Origin: Albugo candida
Lineage: Eukaryota
Assembly (NCBI GenBank): GCA_040437565.1
Contig: JBDOQK010000024.1
Coordinates: forward strand, 1-64,000
Length of the DNA stretch: 64,000 nt
Direction of reading: 5' to 3'
This document shows, in pieces, positions 23,831 through 35,930 of this stretch (position 1 is its first letter; each line of letters opens with the position of its first letter). A program made the translations under genes and the position numbers. The notes beneath the pieces are model-generated. The model worked only from the letters and a program-made list of their open reading frames with translations. It did no database searches and had not been told where the DNA came from.

Positions 23831-25501
23831 TTATTGGGTGAGGCTTTTTGCAAATACCAACTCGATCGCTGCCCGGATGTATGGATCAAATCGATTCATT
23901 TGCTGCATGGAAGATGTCGCAATGGCTTCAGGGACGAGTTCTTCATCGGGAGGAATGCCTTTACCTTCGTACAACATTCCACCGGGACTTGTACATTGCT
24001 GATTTGGCACTTTGAGTGTCCACGCATTTGGTAATCGAACGGTATACACTTGAGATAAACAGCCGGCAGTCGACGACCCGATTCGATACGTTTTGGGTCT
24101 CCATTTCAATGCGAGACAAAGCAATTCCGCCGTTCTAAAAACTCATTTGGTACATTTCCTTTTTGAGGTAGTCAGTCTCACGTACCCTCGAGTGTGTTTA
24201 CTTTGCAAAATAACTAAAGGTCCCGCATAAGTTGATCGATACGGATTTCGAGGGACTTTGTACGCTTTTGATTTGGTGTAAATCGGTCCTTGTGCTACTT
24301 TCTCTTTGATTGAAAAGACTGTGGGATGCTTGATAGAAGGTTGTGTGAAAAATGAAGCAACAGCCAACGCTGATGCAACATTCCCACCACCTTGATTTAG
24401 ACGAAGATCTAGTATCAGTCCATCGACATTTCCAAGTGTGCGTAAAATTGCATCCAATGCCCAACGCATTGACTCGATATCAAAAACTCGTGGCACAATT
24501 ACAGGATTTCTCCTCCGCCGACACATACTGGTTGTCTCCTGAGTTTCCGTGTGCGATAGAGGTAAATCAACGAATCCTTCCATTGCCATCAATCCAATGT
24601 ATCCAATTCGCCATCCGGGACACGTGGCAGCATTCAAAATACCAAATAAAAGTTGATCGTTGGCAATTTGATGTCCTCGATTGATCAGATGGAAATGTAT
24701 CATTCGATGAAATAAAAGCTCTTCGTCCAATTTCAACGAATAATACGACACTTTTTTTCCCGAAGCTGTGAATACGATTGCATTATTGGGACTCAATCCG
24801 AGCGATGTACGAGCTATTGTCAGCATGGGATCATCCGTCATGAGAATACTGTCCTGCATTGCAATCCATAAATCTTCTTCGCTGGTGTTTTTACTCATTT
24901 TATCCGCAAAGAGCTCATATGCAAGCGACCAATTAATGTGTTTGGATTCGATGGCATAACGATCGCGAATTGTTGTCCAGAAAATCTGATAATTTATAAC
25001 GGGATCAGAATAAAATGTTACACGATCGATCAGTCCGTGAAGGAGTCGTAACCCGACACGAACCAAAATAGCGTAGAGGGTCATGAGTACCACAAGTGTA
25101 CCACCGACGAATGGAATGTGACGGCGAAGGAAGCTTACTGGAACGATAGCGATTGATTCATACAGCTCAAAAGGTTTCAGTAGGAATGTGTCGATTAGCA
25201 GGAGACATAGTTTTTTAATGCGGAGAATACTGAATGTGATTTGACTGAGTATCATGAGGATCTGTGAAGTTGCACAGTTGGGGTACGAATGGGTTACGGT
25301 TAGCGTAGGGGTAGGGACATAACGAGTTACGTTAATGGTAACCAATTGAGAGATGGAAGAGCCATTGGATTGCCGAAGCCGGAGCTGGAGCCGATGAGAA
25401 TCCAGCTTGATAAAAGTGGCGCAGTGTTTTTGTGTCCGGCTGCTTGACTTCCATCCTCGAACCGAGCTTTGCACGCATATATAATGTGTATACCACATCA
25501 T
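23831..25501 (-). CDS. Peptidase S41-like membrane protein (intron 24135-24185; start uncertain)
   Basis: IGYIGL, GLILDLRLNQGGG, YAGPLVILQ, RIGSSTAG, RLPNAW and YEGKGIPPD motifs; N-terminal hydrophobic helices. Confidence 0.85.
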
Positions 25502-25544
25502 ACTACCATACCACACAATTTCGTTACCGACGAAAATCTTGCAG

Positions 25545-27513
25545 TTAATACCGCCTATACCCACGTCCGCGTCCACCACCATGACGATTCGATCTATTCC
25601 AATTCGAATTACTTCCACTATCTTCTGTGCGTTCTTCGTCTCGTTCGGTCAGCTTCGTTTCTTTCAGCTTCCTTCCTTCAGGCTCCATGAATCGATCTCG
25701 ATTCGCCTTGTATTGAGATAAAAGTGTTTCCAGTTGTCCTGTAGCATTGGCAGCACCTGACTTTGCGTTCTTACTTAAATTTGGACAGATCTGAGTTTCG
25801 ATTAGTGCCATAAGCTTACGAAATTGACTTTTGTATTCTTCGCAAAGCTCATAGCCCGCGACTTCCAAGATAGTGAGCACAATCGGTCCAGTCATCAGAT
25901 GTGGTGGCTCATTCACTAATCGTGCAAGCCACGCCCAGCAGTCTCCTAATTGGATGCCTTTTGGCTTGGAACGGTTCTCCCACGGACGCGTTTGCATGAC
26001 CGCAGCAAGTACGGCTGCAACCATCGTCATTCGCTTGGAGTACTCTGTCACATGCTCCAAGCCATCGGCATCACTACTTTCGCCGACGGCTTCCTCAAAG
26101 CCAAGCGCACGTTTATATTCCACGATAGACTGATCCTTTTGCTTTTGTATCGTTGTCGGAATTGTAAATACACACAACTTATGAAAATACGCCAAGAGCA
26201 CATCGGTAAGTTCGGTATTTGACACGCAACACATTGTCATGACGTAAGCTATAGGAAAACAAGCTCTACCAATTTTGAATACGATTGACTAAAGTAGTGG
26301 ATACCACTTTACCTGTAATCGGACGCCCCGCGTGCCTGTTTGATGAGATTACTTGCGACGAGATTCAATGCAAAATCGTTAAAATTTTGACCAGAGATTC
26401 TTGCGTACTAAAAGCAATTAAGAAATGACAAAGAAGATGAAAATTACAAAAACATACCTGCAGTAGTGCACTGATCTTCTGGACGACACGCTGAACAGAA
26501 GAAGGCGAAGCGGAGATTTGATTACAAGCTCCACCTTGCTTTTTGAGCTCCACACGAAGTTTCTTTATGGATGGATCAGTGCTCGCGAGTATTTCATCTG
26601 CGTTTTTTTGTAGTAAGTCGAGCTTTTTCAGTCGATTCTGCGCAAGAATCACGTGATCCGGTTCTTTCCGAATGACTTTGATCGCTCTTTCCTTTTCTTT
26701 TGATGATGCTGGAGGGTGATCCACTTTGACTTTTACGATTTCTTCCTGAGCTTTTATCTGTTTCACTTTTTCTTCTTCCTTTTTTCTGCTTTCTTTCTCT
26801 TCTCTCTGAAATACAAATGAGCCCAAAAAATCAATTCTTATTCCACGCGAGCGCTTACTCGCACTCGCTCCTTTATTCTTTCAAATTGCGAAGCTTCATA
26901 CGCTTGTAGTCTTCTCTCGATCACTGCAAGAGCTGCTTTTTCTTGATCGTGCAGTTGTTTCAATAATTTCTTTTTTTCTTGCTCTTTGCGAATTTGCTTA
27001 AAGAAATGTTGGAATCGATTAACAGAGCACTAACATTATACGAACCTTTGCCGTTAGGTTTTCTATTGTTTGACGGAAAGTGTCCTCGTGCATCTTTCCA
27101 CTTATGTAAGAAGTCCTCATCTCTTTTTCAGTGTCCAAATGAGCTTTTTCGAGTGAGGCACAGAGACGCTCGTACGCATCGCTGCAGCTCACAGAGATCG
27201 ATGCCCGAGCTTCTGAAAGCTTCTCTAGCTGGCTTGTAGGGTCTATGCGATTTTGCGGGTTAATGTACTTTGAGAATCGAGCGTTGTGCATATGGACGGA
27301 ACCTTTATTATCGCTGAATGCGAGCAGCTTCTTCAGTGCTGTATGTACATTTATAGAAGTGATATTTTCGGTCGACTGAGTGGAAATTGGGTCTTCTAAT
27401 ACATCGGAATCGCAAGGTGCTCGAAGTCGATTGGATTTCGAACGAGATGAAGCCGAAGAAGCCAATAACAAAGCACTTTCGTCGCTCGCTCTGCTATCAA
27501 TTCCGAGACGCAT
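25545..27513 (-). CDS. GLE1: mRNA export factor GLE1 (multi-exon)
   Basis: Charged coiled-coil N-half; GLE1 domain FHKLCVFTIP, YKRALGF, YSKRM, CWAWLARLVN, ILEVAG. Confidence 0.85.
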
Positions 27514-27617
27514 GGGGCGAACAGTTCTGAAGGGTAGCGTGATTTGGCCCGAGCTGGTAGACCGGACCGCAGATTGCTCCGCCAGTCATCGATCAGGAAC
27601 GACACAAAATTCTCGCT

Positions 27618-27985
27618 ATGGTAGGAAGTTTTGTTCGCAACATTTGTGGGTCCTTATATTGACATATTGTATGATGAAAGCCTCGCGATCTCCTTCATCC
27701 TAGCGCTTCTGAAGAAGCCTCGAAACACAAACTCAAACGACTCGTACAAAGTCCGAATTCGTACTTTATGGATGTCAAATGCGCTGGATGTTTCAACATG
27801 TGAGTTTCGACAGCTTAAGGCTCATTACAGTTTGATTCTTATGCACTGTTATGTTTAGCACGACTGTCTTTAGTCATGCACAAACAGTCGTTTTGTGTGG
27901 AAGCTGTTCACTAATGTTATGCCAACCAACTGGTGGAAAAGCCCGACTTACGGACGGTTGCCAATACCGAAAGAAGACAGATTAG
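27618..27985 (+). CDS. RPS27: 40S ribosomal protein S27 (ATG-only first exon, 2 introns)
   Basis: Spliced: MPRDLLHP...[42 protein letters not shown]...[15 protein letters not shown]. Confidence 0.96.
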
Positions 27986-28582
27986 GAAGCTTGTTATCTT
28001 ATGAATGCAAGAGAATGCTTGATTGAGTACATTTGGGAAAAGCGCATTATGTCCCAATTTAATACATGAGCGAGAATAACGCGCTAATGATCGAGTTGCA
28101 TGTTGTCTGATCCTTCTAATCTTCCAAAACACTGTTCGTTTTCAAACGCAAATTATGGAACTCTTACACAAATTAGGGAAATTAGGCACCAGTGTGGCAC
28201 AAGCTAGATCGTAGTCAAGTTTCACAATGCTGATATTTATTGAAACGACCCAATTGCAAGCTAATTGGTGGATAGTGCAGCAGAAAGGCAGATTTAGTTG
28301 TGGTTGTGTATACCGGCGATTGTAACTGCACGAAAAGTCTTTTAGCCAATCTGTAGCCTTTGTTATACTAATTGAACATCACTGAATTCCAAACCGAATG
28401 AAACGATCCAATCGAACTTCTTAGTCCCAAGTAACGATTTTAGCGTCAGACTGTTCTTGCTCCTTTTTCCACGAACAATCAATTAACCAACCAAAATAAT
28501 TAGAATTGTTGTTAAATGACACGGGTGGAACTTTATTCAACAAAATACCAACAAGCAGTTACTCAAGGTAAAGAGGGTTAAA

Positions 28583-30823
28583 ATGGACATGTCCCTCACG
28601 GAGTATGATCCTTCTCAAATTGCTGTCGGAAGCGACCTCAATTCCTCACTTGTACAAACTCAGCGTTCCACACCTGAGGTTTTACCTTCAAGCATATCAC
28701 CAAACTCACCTCTAGAATTTTATGACGACGTTCTGCAGCCCGGAGAAGGNNNNNNNNNNNNNNNNNNNNNNNNNNNNNNNNNNNNNNNNNNNNNNNNNNN
28801 NNNNNNNNNNNNNNNNNNNNNNNNNNNNNNNNNNNNNNNNNNNNNNNNNCCTTCTCAAATTGCTGTCGGAAGCGACCTCAATTCCTCACTTGTACAAACT
28901 CAGCGTTCCACACCTGAGGTTTTACCTTCAAGCATATCACCAAACTCACCTCTAGAATTTTATGACGACGTTCTGCAGCCCGGAGAAGGTACTTATAGTG
29001 CCTCACTATGCGAAAATAGTCACCTATACCATAAACGACGTCGCGTTCTCTTGTGGTTTCGCAGAGATTTGAGAATTCACGATAATGGAGCACTCCATGC
29101 AGCAATGCAAGTTACTGACTCGGATTCAGTGCTATTTCCAGTATATATTCTCCATCGTCCGGTTAATAAGAAATGTGGGGCTGTACGGTTCCAATTTTTG
29201 CTGGAATGTCTCAAAGATATCGACAAAAGTTTACGTCAGAAAAAAAGTCGATTACTTGTGTTTTGTGGAGATGCGATATCGGTTTTGACAGTATTGCTGC
29301 GAGCATGGAAAATAACCGATTTCATCTTTGAAAAATTTCATATCCCATACGCTATCAAACGCGACGAAAAAATCATATCGATGGCCCAAACCCTACAAAT
29401 TAAAGTTATCACTGTATGTGGTGCAACCTTACATGATCCTAAAGAAATCGTTAGATTAAACCACAACCAAGTGCCCCTCGAATTTCAAAAGTTTCTTGAT
29501 ATTGTCTCGGATATGCCACAACCACGACTTCCTCTTCCAGCACCCTCAATTCTCCCAAATTTTGAGGATGTTGTATCAGTAGAAGCGTTATGCGAATATT
29601 TCCAAGCAGAATACCTGTCACAATGTCTAGCAAACACATCAGAAGCGCACCAAGAATTCGATAGGATAGTCGGCAAATTTCAGTCTCATGGCTTACTCGA
29701 GATTCCTAGTCTGGACGCTTTTGGGTACGCGCAACCAACCCATCACTCATTTCTATACGGTGGTGAGTCCGTTGCGTTAGATCGACTCGAGGTTTTTTGC
29801 AGTATTGAAGAAAGGGTCGGTTGTTTCGAAAAACCAAAAACATCTCCGGTCCAAATGAACCCGCCTTCAACCACCGCCCTCAGCCCGTATCTTACANNNN
29901 NNNNNNNNNNNNNNNNNNNNNNNNNNNNNNNNNNNNNNNNNNNNNNNNNNNNNNNNNNNNNNNNNNNNNNNNNNNNNNNNNNNNNNNNNNNNNNNNCTTC
30001 AACCACCGCCCTCAGCCCGTATCTTACATTCGGATGTTTGAGTGTCCGCGCGTTATTTTACCGAATTATGTTCATTCAACTCAATTTCACATCGGTCTCC
30101 AAAGGCTCCCCTTCGACATCACTCGACGGACAGCTCATGTGGCGTGAATTCTTCTATTGTTATGCTCACAATGTGCCTGACTTTGCAAGTCCCGACGAAA
30201 ATCCGCTTTGTAGAAAAGTCGGTTGGAGACTTCCCGATGAAGACTGTGATCCTCTTTCCCCTCAACTGACTCCCTCACCCTCCAAAGAAATCGACGTCGT
30301 TGCGAGGGAACAATTTATCTGTTGGACCCGTGGAAAAACGGGTTTCCCATGGATCGATGCAATCATGCGTCAAATCCTACAGGAAGGATGGGCACATCAT
30401 CACGCACGTCACGCAGTCGCTTGTTTCCTCACTCGCGGAGATTTGTATATTTCATGGATTCATGGTGCCAAGTATTTCCAAGAACATTTGATCGACATGG
30501 ATTGGGCGATCAATGTCGGTAATTGGCTCTGGGTGTCGGCTAGCTGCTTCTTCCACGATTATCAAAGTGTTTTCTCGCCATCGACGTTCCCCCAGCAGTA
30601 TTATAATGAACACGAAGCAGCAACGTATATCAAACATTACATCCCTGAGCTTCAAAACATGCCAGAGCGATATATTTTTGAGCCCTGGAGAGCCCCATTA
30701 AATATTCAAAAAAGTGTCAATTGTCTGATTGGAAAGGATTATCCGTTCCCGATATTGGATCATCAAGTGGCTTCCAGGAAATGTATTTCGGCGATGAAGC
30801 GATACTCAGATGCAGCAAGTTGA
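28583..30823 (+). CDS. Cryptochrome/(6-4) photolyase family protein, paralogue 1 (two artefactual gap duplications)
   Basis: WFRRDLRIHDN, TTALSPYLTFGCLS, GQLMWREFF, GKTGFPWIDAIMRQ, ARHAVACFLTRGDL, IGKDYPFPI. Confidence 0.93.
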   Translation: MDMSLTEYDPSQIAVGSDLNSSLVQTQRSTPEVLPSSISPNSPLEFYDDVLQPGEXXXXXXXXXXXXXXXXXXXXXXXXXXXXXXXXXXPSQIAVGSDLNSSLVQTQRSTPEVLPSSISPNSPLEFYDDVLQPGEGTYSASLCENSHLYHKRRRVLLWFRRDLRIHDNGALHAAMQVTDSDSVLFPVYILHRPVNKKCGAVRFQFLLECLKDIDKSLRQKKSRLLVFCGDAISVLTVLLRAWKITDFIFEKFHIPYAIKRDEKIISMAQTLQIKVITVCGATLHDPKEIVRLNHNQVPLEFQKFLDIVSDMPQPRLPLPAPSILPNFEDVVSVEALCEYFQAEYLSQCLANTSEAHQEFDRIVGKFQSHGLLEIPSLDAFGYAQPTHHSFLYGGESVALDRLEVFCSIEERVGCFEKPKTSPVQMNPPSTTALSPYLTXXXXXXXXXXXXXXXXXXXXXXXXXXXXXXXXXXSTTALSPYLTFGCLSVRALFYRIMFIQLNFTSVSKGSPSTSLDGQLMWREFFYCYAHNVPDFASPDENPLCRKVGWRLPDEDCDPLSPQLTPSPSKEIDVVAREQFICWTRGKTGFPWIDAIMRQILQEGWAHHHARHAVACFLTRGDLYISWIHGAKYFQEHLIDMDWAINVGNWLWVSASCFFHDYQSVFSPSTFPQQYYNEHEAATYIKHYIPELQNMPERYIFEPWRAPLNIQKSVNCLIGKDYPFPILDHQVASRKCISAMKRYSDAAS

Positions 30824-30828
30824 TTTTA

Positions 30829-32821
30829 TTAGCGAGAAGTGAAGTTTTGAGATTTGGAAGACAGTGAATCCATCGGCTTGATCGATTCGGAGGCTTCATT
30901 TTTAAGGCGTAACAGCGCCGCACAATAAAGTTGGATCGACTTTTTTCCACCTTTTAGCACTTGATCCCGTTCCTACGCGCTAGATTTGGCGATCTGAAGG
31001 ATGCGAATTGTGTTATGGGCTTACTCTGTCAAGATCGTCAAGTTCCTTGTGTGCTCGCTCTTTCAATTTCCGGAGGTCTTGGAAGCAATTTTTCGTCGAA
31101 ATAGCAGATGCCAAAGGCAAATGAGCATTTGGTGGATTGTACCTGTTCCAAGAATTCAGTCTTTGAGCAATCGTGAAAGTTCGTCACCTTTTACGAAATG
31201 TGACTTCTCCGCCCACAATGCAATTTTTGGTCGGAATTGTACGATGGAGAAGACACGACTTTGTTCTTTTTTGTATCGGTGTTGCAAGAAACTCTTTCAA
31301 TAAATGGCTTTGCTGTGAGGTATCAAATGTGGTTCGAATCTGTCGATTGTGCACAATATCACTTTGATGCATTGTTTGCCAGCACAGAGAGGTTGACGTC
31401 TAAAAAGAAAATCAATCTCACTAGTGATTCAATCAACGCATACCTTCTGATTGTGCTCATCGATATTGCTACTCTTCTCAAGTATCGACGTACTGAAGGA
31501 TTTCGCCAGCATGTTCCGATCGGAATTTCGTCCCACACGAACATTCTTGCACGAAATGGCTCGGGCCAAATGCGGGATGACCATGACTTCATTCATGGCT
31601 TTCTCCGCTGCATCCGCTTTAGCCAGAGATTGCTCATGCAGTGAACTTCCTAATGCCGATTGTTGTCGCTGCAATCGCTTCCATTTCGCTCGAGTTTTGA
31701 CCTCTTCCATCACATCCTCGGGAAAATATTGTTTTCTCGCAATTTGCACGGAAGTGGCACAGAGCTCCAATCCGAGCAGAATCCGACCTACAAACATAAA
31801 GATCTATCTTTCATTGTCAGTGAGGTCCATTTACATTGTGGAAAGTACACGAGCCTCTGCTTTGAGCTCAAATGTGTAGAGATGCCTGGAGCCTGGGAAT
31901 AGATAATGCAACGTCCAGCAAACGCTCGATGCAATTGCGAACGGGTACGCCTGGAAAACAGCATCGAAATTGGACTGGAGCACGTGATTTTGAAGGAGCT
32001 CTACATAGCGCTTGCTGATACTTTGCGCCAGCTGTTGTTTCTCCTTTGTGGATTCCTACCTCAGCAACGTCAGCAGTGCATTCGCGGAATTCAGCAAAGT
32101 GAGACCTGTTGGAAAAATTGGCAAAAACAGAGCCAAAATACATTTTCATACAGCCCGCAGGAGACCTCTGAAAGTACAAATTGTCGAAAGGATTTCCTCC
32201 CTTTGCCGAAATGAATTCTTTTGTAAACATATTGCAAGAAAGCCTCCGTATGGAGAGGAATCGCTGGTACGCTGTCAGTACTTTCGTCCTTTGAGCGATC
32301 GTGATAGCTATCGACACTACGGAGGATATGGCCTTCCATTCCCGCTTGAAGCTGCTTTTCTAAGCGTAATCGAGCATTCTTCCGCGCATCGACTTTTTGA
32401 CATTGCATTTTGTTTTTCAAAAATTGCTAAAATTCGACTCAGCAATCGCATCTTCCGACAAAAAAGCGAGCTTTCTACCTCTTGCTGTGAAATAACATCC
32501 TCTGAGCCGAATAATCGCTCCATCAGAGCATTTTTACGGGCGGACGATTGCGTTAAATTCCCAATCGTACGCCTGGGATTCGAATTTGAACGCGTCGATA
32601 CAAAGTCGTTTCCAAGCATTTGCTTGCGTGTGTCCACTGACATCATTCACGTGAGAATTCAGCCGCACACAAAGCGCAAAGCGCATGTACCAACCGATCT
32701 CAGCCAGCGACTCGAGTCGAGTGCTAATAAGCTTAGCCATCTGCTGCACCAAATGATCATGCGGATTGTCGGACTTCGATGGAGGATAGCGGGAAACCTC
32801 AGCCTTTACTGACGATAGCAT
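30829..32821 (-). CDS. FAM227-like (FWWh domain) protein, multi-exon
   Basis: Spliced reading gives LYENVFWLCFCQFFQ...ISKRYVELL...FQAYPFAIA...LFPGS, resembling the FAM227 domain; exon limits approximate. Confidence 0.6.
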
Positions 32822-32934
32822 TTCCACAATCTCAAGATAGAAGTAGTCGTTTCAGCGATGACACGTTCGTCATTAAGGAGAAAATGCCGCAGAAAACGTC
32901 GTCCATTACTTTTAACGGTTAAGTATTCCGTCTC

Positions 32935-33988
32935 ATGTCAAAGCAAAAGCGCCACTCGCGTGCGAAATCGAAACAAACGACGCGATGGAAATGCCTTTCA
33001 CGTGTCTCCCTCCCATTTGCTGTCGTTCTTATCGCTATATCCATCGGTTTGTATCGATATTGGCGTACGAATGATACGTATTTGTCGCGATACCAAAAAG
33101 TTCATCGACACGAATACATTTCTTGCGCCAAATCGAAGAGAGAATTTGTGCCTGGATGTACGGTGAAAGGAGAGAAATGCGGTCGGATTGTACGCGATGA
33201 TTTTATATCGACAAAAGTTGTCCAGCAGCTTCGAGAAATCGCTGAAATTGGCATGGCGAATCGTTCCACGCTCGGGGGACCCACGATAATGGACGCGAAT
33301 TCCGGTACAAAAAGCCCGAAAATGGTTGCTTCGTCCTTTAACGTCTTTGTGCAGGATACGTTAAAGATGGAGATGGCTTGGTGAATATCTACCAGGAATC
33401 CGATCAGTTGGTGGGTCGATTTACTGAGAACCAATTGGAGCTTTACCGAAAGTATGTATTTCATTGCGATCGCATCTGAAATTGACTCCATTTTGCGCTC
33501 AGTGTCGTTGAGAATATTCGAAAAGCGGTGATGGAAGAATTCCAATTGGAAATCTTGTACTTTACAGCGCCGACTTTTATCACTCGAATCATTGGGAATG
33601 CATCGTGGGCGCCCAACGAAATGCATGACGAATACTGGTGAGGTCTTGAATCAATTGTATGCTTCTTTTCATGCGTTTGTGCAGGCATCTCCACGTGGAT
33701 AATGACAACACACCGCATTACGACTATTCCGCATTGCTGTATCTTTCGGATTACGACGAAGAATTCACTGGCGGCTTGTTTGCGTTCAAAGATAAGACTC
33801 GGGTGCACATTGTGGAGCCTTCACGTGGTCGATTGCTGATGTTCACATCCGGGAAAGAGAATTTGCATCATGTACGGAGAGTACGCAGCGGAACGCGATA
33901 TGTGATGAGTATGTGGTTTGCTTGTGACGCTCAAAGAGAATTTCGCAATTTTTTGGATGGAAAAGTGCATCGACATTTCCAAACGTAA
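32935..33988 (+). CDS. OGFOD3: 2OG-Fe(II) oxygenase OGFOD3-like (3 introns)
   Basis: N-terminal TM helix, GGPTIMD, YFTAPTFITRI, HDEYW-HLHVD, HYDYSALLYLSDY, FTSGKENLHHV...GTRY. Confidence 0.88.
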
Positions 33989-34034
33989 AAGTGACATTAC
34001 ACGATAAACGATCGAGAACGACCAAATTGTGTCG

Positions 34035-35930
34035 CTACTTTTCGTCTTTTACTTCATCGTATTCTCGTGAACGCTTTTTCGGATGGGGTGACGCATTGGT
34101 TTCATGCGATTGCTCGCCATACTTTCGGGCAGCGTACGAAGCTTTCATTCCAGCCATACATCGTCGCATTGCTATCTTATGATCCACGATTGGGAAGGGA
34201 TAATCTTTTCCCACCAAACAATTGGCAAGTCGTTGGACGGTGACTGGAGCTTTCCATGGCTCATAAATATACTTTGCGGGCATTTTCGCTAGAGCTGGAA
34301 TGTACTTTCGAATATATTTCCCTTCTACATCCCATTTCTTCCCAAATGTCGATGGACTGTACACTCGAAAGTATGCGGTAAAGAAGGCTGACGCACTCAG
34401 CCAAAGCCAATTCCCGCAGTTGATGGACCAGTCGTGATCAATTAGACGCTCCTGGAACACTTCCAAGCCGCGAACCCACGATATGTAGAGATCGCCTCGA
34501 GTCAGAAAGCAGGCAACGGAGTGTCGTGCTAAGTGATGCATCCATCCTTCCTCTTTCAATTGAATCATAATCGCATCGATCCAAGGATAACCGGTCTGAC
34601 CTTCTTTCCAAGCTTCGAATTGTGCTTTTGCCAGCTTTTCATCTTCAGATAGAGCTTCTTCTTCTTCGATGGTCTTCGGTAAGGTATGCCATCGCCAGTC
34701 AATGTGTAGACACAAAGGATTCCCTTCCATTTTGTCAAAGTGAGGATTCGCATGTCCATTGCAATGGAAAAACTCGCGCCAAAGAAGTTGGCCATCCAAA
34801 CTCACTGGCGGTGCCGAAGAAGCTTTTGCATGTCGATTTTGTATGTCTCGTACGCGATGAAAGAATGTTCGTGTGCTTATGCATCCAAAGTATAAGTACG
34901 GACTGAGTGAGGTTGTCGATTTTGAAGGACACGTTTCTGCTGGGGACGTCTTTGGCTTTTCAAATTTGACAACTTGGCCTTCGTTCTTGCAATACTCTTG
35001 AAGGATCTTTAATGCGACATTCTCGCCTCCATAAATGAAGGAGTGGCGTTCCGGTTTCTCAAAGCCAAATTCGGATACTTCAGGAACGCGAAAGAGTTTT
35101 TGTGGGCCGGCAATCACATCAATCCACGATTGAGATTGAGTACTGATAGCTTGTTCGTGTGAGACGTTCAAATATTCTTCTTCCACCAAGCGCTTGTATA
35201 ATCCTTCGCGAGAATCTTCCCAACCGGGAATGCTTGAAGGCATCGGAAGCGGCTTGGCTGGTTCCGGGAAAGTTGCGACTGTCCGAAGAAAGGATGTGTA
35301 CGTGGCTGGAGCTTTCCCTCCATTCTTCTCCATGACTTGATCTAGATCGTATAGCGTATATCCCCGCGTAGTCTCTACGTGTATGTCTAATGAAGCTGCC
35401 AACTCTCGTACACGTTCATCTCGAGCGGTCGCGAACGGCTCAATCGTTTGATCAAAGAACATGTGCGTGATCTTCCATGCTGGAAGAATACGACGAAATA
35501 CTTCGATCCCTTCTCCACGAGCGATAATGAGACGAGAACCACGTGATGCGATTGCTTCTGCAAGACTTCCCACACTCTCTAATAAAAACTGGAATCGATT
35601 TACACCGCATAACAGTCGTTTTGGACGATGTATGATATACAAAGGGATCAATTGAACTGATTCCGTGTCGTTGTGTGCTTCCACAAATTTGAGCGCCCGA
35701 TGTAATGCGAGATTGTCGTGCAAGCGCAAGTCACGACGGAACCACATAATTGCTCGAATTGATGGCATCGTTGCGTGTTTGTCGGTAATTTTCGATTCCA
35801 AAGAAGAATCTTCAAACACATCAAAACAGTTTTGTATCTCGAATGCATCGATTCCTGATGCACTTTCTTCATTCTCATAAAAATCAGCTGGAAACGCTCC
35901 AAAATCCAACAAATCTTGATGACTTTCCAT
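34035..35930 (-). CDS. (6-4) photolyase / animal-like cryptochrome, paralogue 2
   Basis: WFRRDLRLHDN, TTSLSPYLYFGC, GQLLWREFF, GWMHHLARHSVACFLTRGDLYISW, NCGNWLWLS, YFRVYSP; first ATG at 35930. Confidence 0.95.
   Translation of the reverse strand: MESHQDLLDFGAFPADFYENEESASGIDAFEIQNCFDVFEDSSLESKITDKHATMPSIRAIMWFRRDLRLHDNLALHRALKFVEAHNDTESVQLIPLYIIHRPKRLLCGVNRFQFLLESVGSLAEAIASRGSRLIIARGEGIEVFRRILPAWKITHMFFDQTIEPFATARDERVRELAASLDIHVETTRGYTLYDLDQVMEKNGGKAPATYTSFLRTVATFPEPAKPLPMPSSIPGWEDSREGLYKRLVEEEYLNVSHEQAISTQSQSWIDVIAGPQKLFRVPEVSEFGFEKPERHSFIYGGENVALKILQEYCKNEGQVVKFEKPKTSPAETCPSKSTTSLSPYLYFGCISTRTFFHRVRDIQNRHAKASSAPPVSLDGQLLWREFFHCNGHANPHFDKMEGNPLCLHIDWRWHTLPKTIEEEEALSEDEKLAKAQFEAWKEGQTGYPWIDAIMIQLKEEGWMHHLARHSVACFLTRGDLYISWVRGLEVFQERLIDHDWSINCGNWLWLSASAFFTAYFRVYSPSTFGKKWDVEGKYIRKYIPALAKMPAKYIYEPWKAPVTVQRLANCLVGKDYPFPIVDHKIAMRRCMAGMKASYAARKYGEQSHETNASPHPKKRSREYDEVKDEK

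Noticed and set aside
25501-25618. Coding overlap between GLE1 and the S41-like ORF
   Set aside because: Depends on an upstream GTG/ATG inside GLE1; the ATG at 25501 removes the overlap.
28610-28989. Apparent N-terminal repeat in cryptochrome paralogue 1
   Set aside because: Identical 140 bp on both sides of a gap.
32012-32812. 266-aa plus-strand ORF
   Set aside because: Antisense to the spliced FAM227-like gene, non-ATG start, no motifs.
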